From Dendrobates tinctorius (lineage: Eukaryota), in assembly GCF_039654945.1 (NCBI RefSeq), contig NW_027361869.1, forward strand, positions 8,122,001 through 8,186,000: a stretch of DNA of 64,000 nt, read 5' to 3'. Each line of letters opens with the position of its first letter. Positions within the stretch are counted from its first letter, which is position 1. The position numbers and the translations under genes were made by a program. Below the pieces are notes generated by a model. That model was not told the origin of the DNA. It saw nothing but the letters and a program-made list of their open reading frames with translations, and did not search any database. Below, in pieces: positions 1 through 12,533 of this stretch.

Positions 1-1456
1 TGATATTCTGGGGTCTCATTCATTTGGTATAACATGATTCGGTTTAGTTCATGATACACCATGATGACTAATAACACTTTCTAAGCCGGGATGCTTTGAG
101 ACTGAATTTTCTCCCCCATGCAGCACCAGACAGTGAGCTGACGATTTTCCTCTCTGCACTTAGTTCATGATTCTCGTGTTTTTCCTCAAATAACAGGAGA
201 CATTTGTAGTCGGTGCAGTTTTATCTAGAGATTATGCTGGAGTCTTCACTGTAAAGGGAAGCGGTGACGACATTTTAGAAGCAGCGGGAAATTCAAACCC
301 CCTAACCGTCCTGTGTTCAGCCAATCCGCAGAGGGAGGGGAGGAGCTAATGTTCCCAATGGTTGACACGTTTGCAGTTCCCGCTTTTTCTGTTCTTTGTC
401 TCCATATAACGCGCGGTCCCAGGACGGAGCGATGTCGGGGAATCTGCAGGTGTTGAGAGGTCGCTGGTCGCTTACATCCCATACAGGAGTCTGCAGCTGT
501 TCCTGGTTAGAGAATGAATCCGCGTTAGGCAGATGCTGTGATGCCCCGTGTGTCTGACCTGCAGGCGATCACATCTCCCTTTCTCGTCATAATCAGTATT
601 GTGGAGACAATATATTGGCTAGAGATGTATCCTACAAGAGACATTTCAGGGGAGACCAATTCTGCTCTTCCAAGCAGATCCCACCTGCAGCTCCAGGCAG
701 GAGGTCTGTGATGGGAAATGTGCGATCATGTAGAGAAGATTGCCGAGAGCTCAGTGCACAATACATTACACTGTGATGTGAGGATCCTCTAGGTCAGACA
801 TGTCATGACATCATCTCCCATCACATCCTCCTCACAGATGTTTTTTAAATAATTACTGCAGGATATGGGGCGATATTGGCGGCTGGGATCAGTCAGGATC
901 ACTGCTGAGCTCTGATTTTCAGCCTTTTCTGTCATTGTTAATAATTGTTTTTCCTAATTAATTGTAGCTGACAGCAGGTCCCTACTCTGCAGCAATGTGA
1001 GCTATGATGTGGTGGAAAAAAGAATCATTGCCAGGGGAAGAAGAAAACACAAATATAAGGACAATAGTGTCATAATTGCCCGAAGTAATGATGACTCCTA
1101 TCATAGCACAAATGTCCCTAATGCGGGAATATAAGACCTGAATAAAGGCAGAGAGGGCTTAGCCCTGGGGTTAATATAAATGTAATATTCTCTATGAAAA
1201 CCGGAGATCCTGTGATTACTGAGGACTGAGCCTTATATCAGGCAGTGTATCTACCGGTGTGAGATCCCCTGGGCGGCTGCCTGTAATATCTGTGGTTACA
1301 GTCTGTTCTGTCCTCCTGACATATAATGGGGCCGTGTCTGCTCCCCTCTATTTGTGCTGCCCATTTATCTATAGGCTGAATCTGGAATAATTCTCATCAC
1401 AGGGGAAGAAGTGACATTATATTACAAGCTGGAAAGAAAAGGGAAACTGAACAATG

Positions 1457-1599
1457 AGCGGGAAATTCAAACTCTCCAACAGTTCTGTGCTCAGCCAAAC
1501 AGCAGAGGAAGGGAGGAGCTCATGTGGATTCTGTAAGCCCCGCCCTGGGGCGCGTCATCTCTGCAGTTCTCTCTCTGGTCCGTCTCTCCTGTATATAAA
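1457..1599 (+). promoter_or_regulatory. H4 promoter: E2F/CHR-like module, GC box, GGTCCG (HiNF-P/site II-type element), TATA
   Basis: AGCGGGAAATTCAAA 1457-1471, CAACAG, CCCCGCCC, GGTCCG 1577-1582, TATATAAA 1592-1599. Confidence 0.75.
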
Positions 1600-1620
1600 G
1601 GAGGGGTCGTTCGGTTTTAG

Positions 1621-1959
<339 letters not shown>

Positions 1960-1989
1960 TTGTATTCTTTTCTGTGCTGATAACCCAAA

Positions 1990-2030
1990 GGCTCTTTTCA
2001 GAGCCACCCACATCTTCTACCTGAGAGGCT
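1990..2030 (+). terminator. H4 3' stem-loop and histone downstream element
   Basis: GGCTCT-TTTC-AGAGCC-ACCCA, then purine-rich GAGAGGCT. Confidence 0.95.
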
Positions 2031-2400
2031 ACGATTTCCTATTCCTGCAATCTGGTGCCTGTAAGTATACTAGTTGTCACAGCCTGGCATGTGTCTTGCA
2101 CTTTCCTCCTTCCATACTGGAGCTGGCACCGCGGACTTGGGGTGATGTGGTTTATTCTCCTTGATCTATAATATACAGCTGCCAGGTTCTGGGGGCATAC
2201 AGTATATCCGCACTGTGCAGCACAGACATCTCTGCACCACAGTACATACCTCGCTGTGATGTGGTCACTACAGAGCAGAAATCCAAGTTCTGCCGTGAGA
2301 TGAACGTGATTCTGCTACAGGTCTTCCTGATCAGATCAGTGTGTGTGTCAGGAGGCAGCGAATACTCCCGGGGATTGTCGCTGGATAGATGCGCCTCCCC

Positions 2401-2425
2401 CAAAGGCTCCTATCAGAGCCGCACA
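2401..2425 (+). other. Orphan degenerate histone stem-loop
   Basis: CAAA-GGCTCC-TATC-AGAGCC-GCACA with no adjacent histone ORF; second copy at about 59736-59760. Confidence 0.6.
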
Positions 2426-3509
2426 CATGTGTTCTACAATTCCTGATATTTGATGACTGCGGTGATGGAGTCTGGTCAGATCCTATTTCTCAGGATTGGT
2501 GTAAATCCAGTGAGGAGCGGTCACATCCTGTACCGGTAACTGCTCCCCCTTGTTAGTGGCGGCTCCCCGGTATGTCCAGCGCCTGCATCTCATCACTACC
2601 ACCCTCCTCATTTACCATCTACATGTGGCCACTGATTGTGACCTCCTGACTGCTCCTAATAACATGGACTGGAGCTACAGCCGGCAGCGGTCTCCTGTGC
2701 TCGGGCTGATGGATGAAGCCGCTCCCTCCCCGCAGCCGGACATTAGCGGCTCGTTCCCCTCATGACGGGGAGGTTTCTGGTGTCTTATCCTATTTATCAG
2801 TAGTCGGAGCCAGAAGAGAGAACAGAGTCCGCACCCCGAATGTACAGCGCCGTCATCCGAGCCTGGCGGACCATAGCGAGGACTGGAGATGAGGCGGCTC
2901 CGGAGCCTGTGTATTTCTGAGTGCGGAGAGCGCCATCCCTCCAGAGGAGAAAAAGTCTCGCATACAAGATAACTGCATAAATGTGGTTGGTGAGATAATG
3001 AGCAGCGGCCACCGTTCTGGGGATTGAGGGGTTAATACAATCTCACTTTACCACATGATCTGCAGGTATAATGGCCGCTTACTCCTGACAGTGATTGGGA
3101 AATGATGTCTCTTCCACAAGCAGAGAACAGTCACTGAAGGGTTAATGATCGAGGGCCGAGAGCACGACTGAGCGGGAGATTCAAACCATCAAACGGTTAT
3201 AAAGCTCCGCCCACAGGAACCGACCAATCGATAGACGTGCTTCCTCCTCCGTTTAACTCCTTATTGCCCTTCTACCTGCTGCTCCTCATGTACACGTGTT
3301 CTCCCGGCAGCGCTCAGCACATCGGGCTCCTCCTGGTAGAACATGTGCGGATTGTATCATCCGATCTGTGCTAGATGCGGCCTCCTGTGATCAGTGCGGA
3401 CCCCACACGGAGACGCCCAGATATAACGTTACCGGGTCTCCGTGTGGGGTCCGCTCCGATCACTGCTGGAAGTGGAGTTGAGACTGATCAGCCCTGGAGC
3501 TGCAGGCAA

Positions 3510-4230
3510 TGTATACACACCCCGTACGGTGCTGCACATCCTCCATACCACCTACTGGGTGGTATACAGCACTACAAAGCCTACGTGTGCTGTATACTCC
3601 CCATCTAGTGCTGCAGACACAAATCCGAGAGCATCTGTTCTATATAAGCCTGAATCATGGAATGTTCCAGCTCAGTGCAAGATTCATTAAATCCTCCCAG
3701 ACGGATGTCTGTCCAGCCTCTGTTTGAAGACTTCCATTGAAGGAGAACTCAACACCTCCAGTGGCAGCCTGTTCCACTTATTGATCATCCTCACTGTCAA
3801 AAAGTTCTCTTTAATATCTAATCCGTGTCTCCTCCCATTCAGAATCATCTACAGAATACCCCCATATAGTGCTGTAAACCCCAAATAGCTATTGTATGTA
3901 TAGGCTCACATAGTGCTGGATACCCTCCATATAGTGACATGAGCATAAGGTAGTGCTGATACCTACATATTGCTGAATACTCTGCACAAAGTGCTGTGGG
4001 CCCTCCATATTGTTCTATATAACATCATATGTGGCTGTATACCCCCATATAGTGCTGTAAGCTGCCAAATACTGTTGTATACGGACACATTGTGCAGTAT
4101 ACCCTTCAAGTAGTATTATATATCTCCATATAGTGCTGATAATCCAACATATAGTATTTTATAGTTGAATATCCTGTATCCATACAGTGCTGTATACTCC
4201 CCATATATTCGTGCACACCCTCATGTATTA
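3510..4230. repeat. Old degenerate ~20-bp minisatellite (CCCCATATAGTGCTGTATA-like), interrupted by a CR1 fragment
   Basis: Recurring CCATATAGTGCTG variants; copy at about 60845-61565. Confidence 0.6.
3655..3840 (-). mobile_element. CR1 LINE 3' fragment
   Basis: Minus-strand translation LDIKENFLTVRMINKWNRLPLEVLSSPSMEVFKQRLDRH matches the CR1 ORF2 C-terminus; copy at about 60990-61175. Confidence 0.8.
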
Positions 4231-4379
4231 TGGATTCACGGCAAGGCCTGCCCTGCTACCAAGTCATATGCACCCCAATAACTCCAATCCCCCCTTGGAA
4301 TAAAATATAGAGGGCCTTTTAAAAAATGTCTCATTAAAAAAAGAACCAGATCTCCTAGACTTGTAATGCCCATACACTA

Positions 4380-4980
4380 AGTGTGTTGGCTGGCAAACAT
4401 GTTGCCCTGTGGGTTACACCTCAACCTTTTCCATAACCAGTATTTTACGCCCAGCAAAACCACCCACCCTTGTTCGTGTGAGGACTCCTGGAGTGGACCC
4501 TCTGGGCCATGATTCCAACCCACCCTGGGCGAGCTGACCTGGTAAGGACCACCCAGGGATACAGGAAGCATCAGAACGCCCTGGGAAATAAAGTACCATG
4601 ACTGCTGGAACCAGGTGGCAGGCTCGAAGGAGGCACAAGAGACAGTGTTTAGCAGGATGAAGTGGTGGATGATATAGTAACTGACCCAAGCTAGCAGGAG
4701 GACATGCAAAGTGAGGACAGCAGCATAGGGGGAGGGAGGCATAGCGCCCCAACAGCCAGGAAGAAGCAGTGTGGTTGCCGCAGACAGAAGGCCGGCGACT
4801 ATTAACAGTAACACCAACATGATGGAAGTTGCCTGTCCATCTGTTAGGCCTTCTCAAGTCTAGTTGTTTTTTAATACTCTGCCCATAACCCCAAAAAAGG
4901 TCATTTGCACCACCTGCCATGCCAGCATCAGCAGGGGTAGCAAAACTACCAGCCTCACCACCACGAGCATGATCAGGACC
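4380..4980 (+). mobile_element. hAT-type DNA transposon relic (BED zinc-finger region)
   Basis: SQV*LFF...KKVICTTCHASISRGSKTTSLTTTSMIR at 4852-4977 resembles a truncated BED finger; left boundary approximate; copy at about 61715-62315. Confidence 0.55.
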
Positions 4981-5022
4981 ATGGTTGGTAGCAAAGCCGG
5001 CAGTATTAAAGGTCAGGAATTC

Positions 5023-5062
5023 GCTCTTCTTGAGGGAGGATTGGGTGGCTCTGAAAAGAGCC
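5023..5062 (-). terminator. H3 3' stem-loop and HDE
   Basis: Minus strand GGCTCTTTTCAGAGCC-ACCCA...AGAAGAGC. Confidence 0.95.
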
Positions 5063-5093
5063 TTTGTGTTGCAGTCAGGTGGGCAGGACAGAT

Positions 5094-5573
<480 letters not shown>

Positions 5574-5976
5574 CTATTCACGCTTCATGAGGACACGTCC
5601 CCTGCATTCCATTGGTTATTTTGTAGAATGTGAGCAGCGAATAGCGTTTGATGTCCGCGACCAATCACTGTACAGAGAAGGCTCAACCTGACTCACAGTT
5701 CAGCTATCACCCACTGCTCTGATACACAGGGTCACATCCAATCTCCAGGCGGCTTCTACAGCGGAAGCTCCGATTCTATATTCCCAGTACCCAGAGCGGT
5801 ACAGCAGCTCCTCTATAATCAGTCACTGACGCTCCAACTCTCACATCGGAGTTATAACCTCACACCACTCTTACTAAGATGTGGGTTACAGGTGGTGATA
5901 ATTAGGATGATGGAAGTAACGTGATTTCTGCTGCACATCGGCCCCTTCCCTCCATTACACAGAACTGTCACCTGAA

Positions 5977-6480
5977 GGCACCGATCATACAGCTCTGCGG
6001 GGAGGAGGTGGAGGCACTGATCATACAGCTCTGCGGGGACAGGGTGGTGGCACTGATCATACAGCTCTGCGGGGAGGAGGTGGAGGCACTGATCATACAG
6101 CTCTGCGGGGACAGGGTGGTGGCACTGATCATACAGCTCTGCGGGGAGGAGGTGGAGGCACTGATCATACAGCTCTGCGGGGAGGAGGTGGAGGCACTGA
6201 TCATACAGCTCTGCGGGGACAGGGTGGTGGCACTGATCATACAGCTCTACGAGGACAGGGTGGTGGCTCAGATCATACAGCTCTGCGGGGACAGGGTGGT
6301 GGCACCGATCATACAGCTCTGCGGGGACAGGGTGGTGGCACTGATCATACAGCTCTACGAGGACAGGGTGGTGGCACCGATCATACAGCTCTGCGGGGAC
6401 AGGGTGGTGGCACTGATCATACAGCTCTACGAGGACAGGGTGGTGGCACCGATCATACAGCTCTGCGGGGACAGGGTGGT
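5977..6480 (-). repeat. 14 x 36-bp tandem array directly downstream of the H1 stem-loop (HDE-bearing unit)
   Basis: GGCA at 5977 to GGCT at 6481 is 504 bp = 14 x 36; minus-strand unit TCAGTGCC ACCACC CTGTCCCCG CAGAGCTGT ATGA. Confidence 0.97.
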
Positions 6481-6496
6481 GGCTCTGAAAAGAGCC
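6481..6496 (-). terminator. H1 3' stem-loop
   Basis: Minus strand AAA-GGCTCT-TTTC-AGAGCC-ACCAC; the HDE is supplied by the first 36-bp unit. Confidence 0.95.
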
Positions 6497-6523
6497 TTTG
6501 TGTAAAAGAACTGGGTCCGCAAC

Positions 6524-7141
6524 TTATTTCTTGGCCGCGGGCTTCTTGGCTTTCTTAGCCGGACTCTTGGCAGCTTTAGGTTTGGCCGCCTTTTTAGCCG
6601 GACTCTTCGTCGCCTTCTTAGGCTTGGGAGCGGCTTTCGACTTCTTGGGGCTCTTGGCCGCTTTCTTGGCAGCTGCGGGCTTCTTGGCCTTTTTCGGGCT
6701 CTTCTTGGCCGTGGTCAGAGCCTTCTTGGGCTTCTTCGGAGATTTGGCGGCTTTCTTAGCAGCAACGGGTTTCTTGGGCTTGGCTGCTGACTTCTTGGCC
6801 ACTTTAGTCTCCTGCTTCTTGTTGAGTTTGAAGGACCCGGAGGCGCCGCTGCCCTTCACCTGGAGGAGGGTGCCCTTGGTGACCAGAGACCTGACGGCCA
6901 GCTTCAGGCGGCTGTTGTTCTTCTCTACATCGTACCCTCCGGCAGACAGCGCCTTCTTCAGGGCGGCCAGAGACACCCCACTGCGCTCCTTAGAGGCTGA
7001 CACGGCTTTCACGATCAGCTCGGAGACGCCAGGACCGGAGGATTTCTTGCTGCTCTTGGCGGCGGATTTCTTTGGCTGCTTCTTGGACTTGGCAGCCGGT
7101 TCTGCGGGAGGGGGAGCGGCGGCTGGCGCGGTCTCTGCCAT
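6524..7141 (-). CDS. H1: Histone H1 (somatic linker histone)
   Basis: 205 aa; globular domain ([24 protein letters not shown]...[11 protein letters not shown]) and Lys/Ala/Pro tail with SPKK motifs. Confidence 0.98.
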   Translation of the reverse strand: MAETAPAAAPPPAEPAAKSKKQPKKSAAKSSKKSSGPGVSELIVKAVSASKERSGVSLAALKKALSAGGYDVEKNNSRLKLAVRSLVTKGTLLQVKGSGASGSFKLNKKQETKVAKKSAAKPKKPVAAKKAAKSPKKPKKALTTAKKSPKKAKKPAAAKKAAKSPKKSKAAPKPKKATKSPAKKAAKPKAAKSPAKKAKKPAAKK

Positions 7142-7211
7142 CCTGTGCTACGGAGCCAAAACACAAAAATCTCCCGATAGGAAAACACTAAGGCCGGAGC
7201 TGGAGGAGTCT

Positions 7212-7350
7212 GTTATATGTACAGGCTTACTGTGCACTGATTGGCTGCTGAGCTACACCGTCCTGAGCATCTATTGGCTGACACTGCATACATGCCCCGC
7301 CTCTTCCCAGCTGAGAACGAGTGAAGCTCCGCTCTCCCCTTGTGCTTCCC
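7212..7350 (-). promoter_or_regulatory. H1 promoter
   Basis: Minus strand TATA-like CATATAA at about 7213-7219, two CCAAT boxes (about 7240, 7273), GC box about 7295, H1-box-like GAAGCACA about 7341-7348. Confidence 0.65.
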
Positions 7351-10300
7351 TGCCCGGAATAAAAGCCCTTTACCGGCTGACACCGGACAGCAGAGCGCGC
7401 TTCCTCCGCCGCTTCTTCTTCGCCATCTTCTCCACCGACCGTCTGTAGCTGTCACTAGCAGAGACGCCGGGGAAGAGCGGAGAGGAGGTCCCGGGATCAT
7501 CGCCGTCGTCCTCCAGATCTGCACATCGCTGTGTATCCGGGAAGATACATCTGCTGGGGGAACTCGTTCCTCCTGTTCCCGGCTCCTGTCACCATCACAG
7601 GGATCTTTACTACAATGTCTATCGTACAGGACGCTGATTGTACGATGTGGGGACGACCTGGAGCTGCTGAGAGCCCAGAAGGGTAACACAGGCGATGGCT
7701 CCGCTGACTGCCGCCTCCCTGACCTGTGACCTCCCTGTACCCCGTATGTGCGGAGTATTGGGGGTGACAGATGCTCCACATCAGGAGATGATCCACATCG
7801 GCGGCTGATTGCAATGACCTGCTAAAATCTGGTCTCACCCATTGTGGAGCTGTGACCGCTGAGGCCTGTAATGGTGGAAGAGAACTGATAAGGGGCAGCT
7901 TCATAATGCGACTCACTCCCCAACCAGACGCATCTCCGGGGAGAAAACTGTGAGATATTCCTGGATTTATGTGACCCAACTATTGTGCAAAAGGGGAATA
8001 TTGGGAGAAAAGAGGAGACACAAAATGCAATTTCTACACACAGAGCACAGCTGTATAGGGATGAGGTGGTGGCACTGATCATAAAGCTCTGCAGGGATGA
8101 TGTGGTGGCACTGATGATACAGGTGTGCAGGGACGAGGTGGTGGCACTGATCATACAGCTCTGCAGGGACGAGGTGGTGGCACTGATCATACAGCTCTGC
8201 AGGGATGAGGTTGTGGCACTGATCATACAGCTCTGCAGGGATGAGGTTGTGGCACTGATCATACAGCTCTGCGGCGACAAGGTGGTGGTACTGATCATAC
8301 AGCTCTGCAGAGAGGAGGTGGTGGCACTGATCATACAGCTCTGAAGGGAATGTGTGGTGGCACTGATCATAAAGTTCTGCAGTGACGAGTTGGTAGCACT
8401 AATCATACTGCTTTTCAGGGAGGAGGTGGTGGCACTGATCATACAGCTCTGCAGGAATGAGGAGGTGGCACTGATCATACAGCTCTGCGGGGACAAGGTG
8501 GTGACACTGATAATACACCTCTGCGGCGACAAGGTGGTGGCACTGATCATACAGCTCTGCGGGGACAAGGTGTTGGTACTGATCATACAGCTCTGCAAGG
8601 ACCAGGTGGTGGCACTTATCATACAGCTCTGCAGAGAGGAGGTGGTGGCACTGATCATACACCTCTGCGGCGACAAGGTGTTGGTACTGATCATACAGCT
8701 CTGCAAGGACCAGGTGGTGGCACTTATCATACAGCTCTGCAGAGAGGAGGTGGTGGCACTGATCATGCAGCTCTGCTCGGACAATGTGGTGGCACTTATG
8801 TTACAGCTTTGCGGGGACAAGGTGGTGGCAGTGATAATACAGCTCTACAAGGATGAGGTGGTGGTGCTAATCATACAGCTCTGCAGGGAGGAGGTGGTGG
8901 CACTGATCATACAGCTCTACGGGGACAAGATGGTGGCACTGATCATAAAGCTCTGAGGGGATGACGTGGTGGCACTGATCAAATAGCTCTGCAGGGATTC
9001 GGTGGTGGCACTGATCGTACAGCTCTGCAAGGAGTTGGCGGTGGCACTGATCATACAACTTTGCGGCGACAAGGTGGTGGCACTGATCATACAGGTCTGC
9101 AGGTAAAAGGTGGTGGCACTGAACATACAGCTCAGCGCGGACAAGATGGTAGCACTGATCAGACAGCTCTACATGGAGGAGGTTGTGGCACTGAACATAC
9201 TGGTTTGCAGGGATGAGGTAGTGGCACTGATCATACAGCTGTGCCTGGATGAGGTGGTTGCACTGATCATACAGCTCTGCAGGGAAAAGTTGGTGACACT
9301 GATCATACACCTCTGCAGCAACAAGGTGGTGGTACTGATCATACAGCTCTGCGGGGACAAGATGGTGGCACTGATCATAAAGCTCTGCAGGGATGATGTG
9401 GTGGCACTGATCATACAGGTCTGCAGGGATGAGGTGGTAGCACTCATCATACATCTCTGCAGGGACGAGGTGGTGGCACTGGTCAAATAGCTCTGCAGGG
9501 ATTAGGTGGTGGCACTGATCTTACAGCTCTGCAAGGAGTAGGCAGTGGCACTGATCATACAGCTCTGCGGGGACTAGGTGGTGGTACTGATCATACAGCT
9601 CTGTGCTGACCAACTGATGGCACTGATCATACAGCTTTGCGGTGACAATGTGGTGGCACTGATTATACAGTTCTGCGGCGACAACGTGGTAGTACTGATC
9701 ATACAGCTCTGCATGGAAAGGTGGTGGCACTCCACAAGCAGCTCTGCAGGGAAACGGTGGTGGCACTGAACATACAGCTCAGCGCGGACAAGGTGGTGGC
9801 ACTGATCAGACAGCTCTACAGGGAGGAGGTGTTGGCACTGTACATACTTGCTTGCAGGGATGAGGTAGTGGCACTGATCATACACCTCTGCAGGGATGAG
9901 GTGATGGCACTGAAGATACAGCTCTGCAGGGATGAGGTGGTTGCACTGATCATAAGGCTCTGCAGGTACAAGGTTGTGTCACTGATCTTAAAGCTCTGCA
10001 GGGATGAGGTGGTGGCACTGATCATACAGTTCTGCGGGGATCAGGTGGTGGCACTGATCATACAGCTCTGTGTGGATAAGATGGTGGCAATGATAATACA
10101 GCTCTGCAGGGAGGAGTTGGTGGCACTGATCATACAGCTCTGCAAGGATGAGGTGTTGGAACTGATCATACAGCTTTGCGGGGACAATGTGGTTGCACTG
10201 ATTATAAATCTCTTTAGGGATAAGTTGGAGGCACTGATCATGCGGTTCTGCAAGGATGAGGTTGTGGCACTGATCATACAGCTGTGCGGGGACAAGGTGG

Positions 10301-11938
10301 TGGTACTGATCATACAGCTCTGCAGGGAGGAGGTGGTGGCGCTGAACATACAGCTCTGCAGGGAAAAGGTGGTGGCACTGAACATACAGCTCAGCTTGGA
10401 CAAGGTGGTGGTACTGATCAGACAGCTCTACAGGGAGGAGGTGGTTGCACTGATCATACACCTCTGTGGGGAGGAGGCGGTGGCACTGATCATAAGGCTC
10501 TGTAGGGACAAGGTTGTGTCACTGATCTTACAGCTCTGCAGGGATGAGGTGGTGCACTGATCATACAGTTCTGCGGGGAGGAGGTAGTGGCACTGATCAC
10601 ACAGATCTGCAGGGAGTAGGTGGTGGCACTGATCATACAGCTCTGTGTGGATAAAATGGTGGCACTGATCATACAGCTCTGCAGGGAGGAGTTGGTGGCA
10701 CTGATCATACAGCTCTGCAGGGAAGAGGTGGTGACACTGATCATAAAGCTCTGCAAGGATGATGTGTTGGCACTGATCATACAGTTTTGCGGGGACAATG
10801 TGGTTGCATTGATTATATATCTCTTTAGGGATAAGTTGGAGGCACTGATCATGCGGTTCTGCAGAGATGAGGTTGTGGCACTGATCATACAGCTCTGCAG
10901 GGATGAGGTGGTGGCACTGATCATACAGCTCTGCAGGGAGGAGGTGGTGGCACTGATCATACAGCTCAGCAGGGAGGAGTTGGTGGCACTGATCATACAG
11001 CTCTGCAGGGAAGAGGTGGTGACACTGATCATACAATTCTGCAAGGATGAGGTGTTGGCACTGATCATACAGCTTTGCGGGGACAATGTGGTTGCACTGA
11101 TTATATATCTATTTAGGGATAAGTTGGAGGCACTGATCATGCGGTTCTGCAGGCATGAGGTTGTGGCACTGATCATACAGCTCTGCGGGGATAAGGTGGT
11201 GACACTGATCATTCACCTCTGCGGCGACAAGGTGGTGGTACTGATCATACAGCTCTGCAGGGAGGAGGTGGTGGCACTGATCACACAGCTCTGAAGGGAA
11301 TAGGTGGTGGCACTGATCATACAGTTCTGCAGTGACGAGGTGGTGGCACTAATCATACATCTTTGCAGGGATGAGGTAGTGGCACAGATCATACAGCCCT
11401 GCAGGGACGAGGTAGTGGCACTGATCTTACAGCTCTGCTGGGACAAGGTGGTGACACTGATCATACACCTCTGTGGCGACAAGTTGGTGGTACTGATCAT
11501 AGAGCTCTGCAAGGGCCAGGTGGTGGCACTGATCATAAAGCTCTGCAGGGAAAAGTTGGTGGCACTAATCATACAGCTCTGTAGGGACGAGGTGTTGGCA
11601 CTTATCATACAGCCGTGCACAGACAAGGTGGTTGCACTGATCATACATCGTTACGGGGACAATGTGGTTGCACTGATTATACATCTCTTTAGGGATAAGT
11701 TGGAGGCACTGATCATCCATTTCTGCAGGGATGAGGTTGTGGCACTGATCATACAGCTCTGCAGGGATGAGGCAGTGGCAGTAATCATACAGCTCTGCAG
11801 GGGCGAGGTGGTGGCACTGATCATACTTCTTTGTGGTGACTAGGTGGTGGTACAGATCATACAGGTCTGCAGGGATGTGTTGGCAGTACTGGTCATACTG
11901 CTCTGCAGGGAATAGATGGTGGCACTGATCATACAGTT

Positions 11939-12190
11939 CTGATGATATTGGAGACTGCGGACAGACAGTCACTGGCGTTCTGTATTACAGAGGGGTAAGG
12001 TCAGGGGAAGACGTATACAGTTGTGTGTCATCAGCATAAAGATGGTACCGAAAGCCAAATTTGCTGATGGTCTGTCCAATTGGGGCTGTATAGAGAGAGA
12101 AGAGATGGGGGCCAAGGACTGAGCCCTGAGGTACCCAGACAGCAAGAGGAAGAGGAAATGAAGTGGAGCCAGAGAACAAAACACTGAAGA
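11939..12190 (-). mobile_element. L2 LINE internal fragment (RT core), copy 1
   Basis: [40 protein letters not shown]. Confidence 0.9.
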
Positions 12191-12390
12191 ACTCTGCAGG
12201 GACGAGGTGGTGGCACCGATCATACAGGTCAGCAGGGACGAGGTGGTGGCACTCATTATAGAACTCTGCAGGGATGAAGTGGTGGCACTGATCATACAGC
12301 TCTGCGGGGGAGGAGGAGGTGGCACTGATCATACAGGCCAAAAATGGGGGACGGGGTATAGCATGCAGATGGAGAGCACATTGATGCTGG

Positions 12391-12533
12391 AAAGAGCCTT
12401 TGTGTGGCAGTCAGGTGAGCAGGACAGATCTAAGCTCTCTCCCCACGGATCCAGCGGGCTAGCTGGATATCTTTGGGCATGATGGTGACCCTCTTAGCGT
12501 GGATCGCGCACAGATTTGTGTCCTCAAACAGCC
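12391..12533 (-). pseudogene. H3 3'-terminal fragment, copy 1
   Basis: Matches 5055-5197 ([26 protein letters not shown]..., 3'UTR and 5' arm of the stem-loop). Confidence 0.95.

Noticed and set aside
7380-7780. GC-rich ORFs upstream of H1 (also 2760-3010 and 55460-55640) as hidden histone pseudogenes
   Set aside because: No recognisable histone or other protein motif in any frame; probably CpG-island-like spacer.
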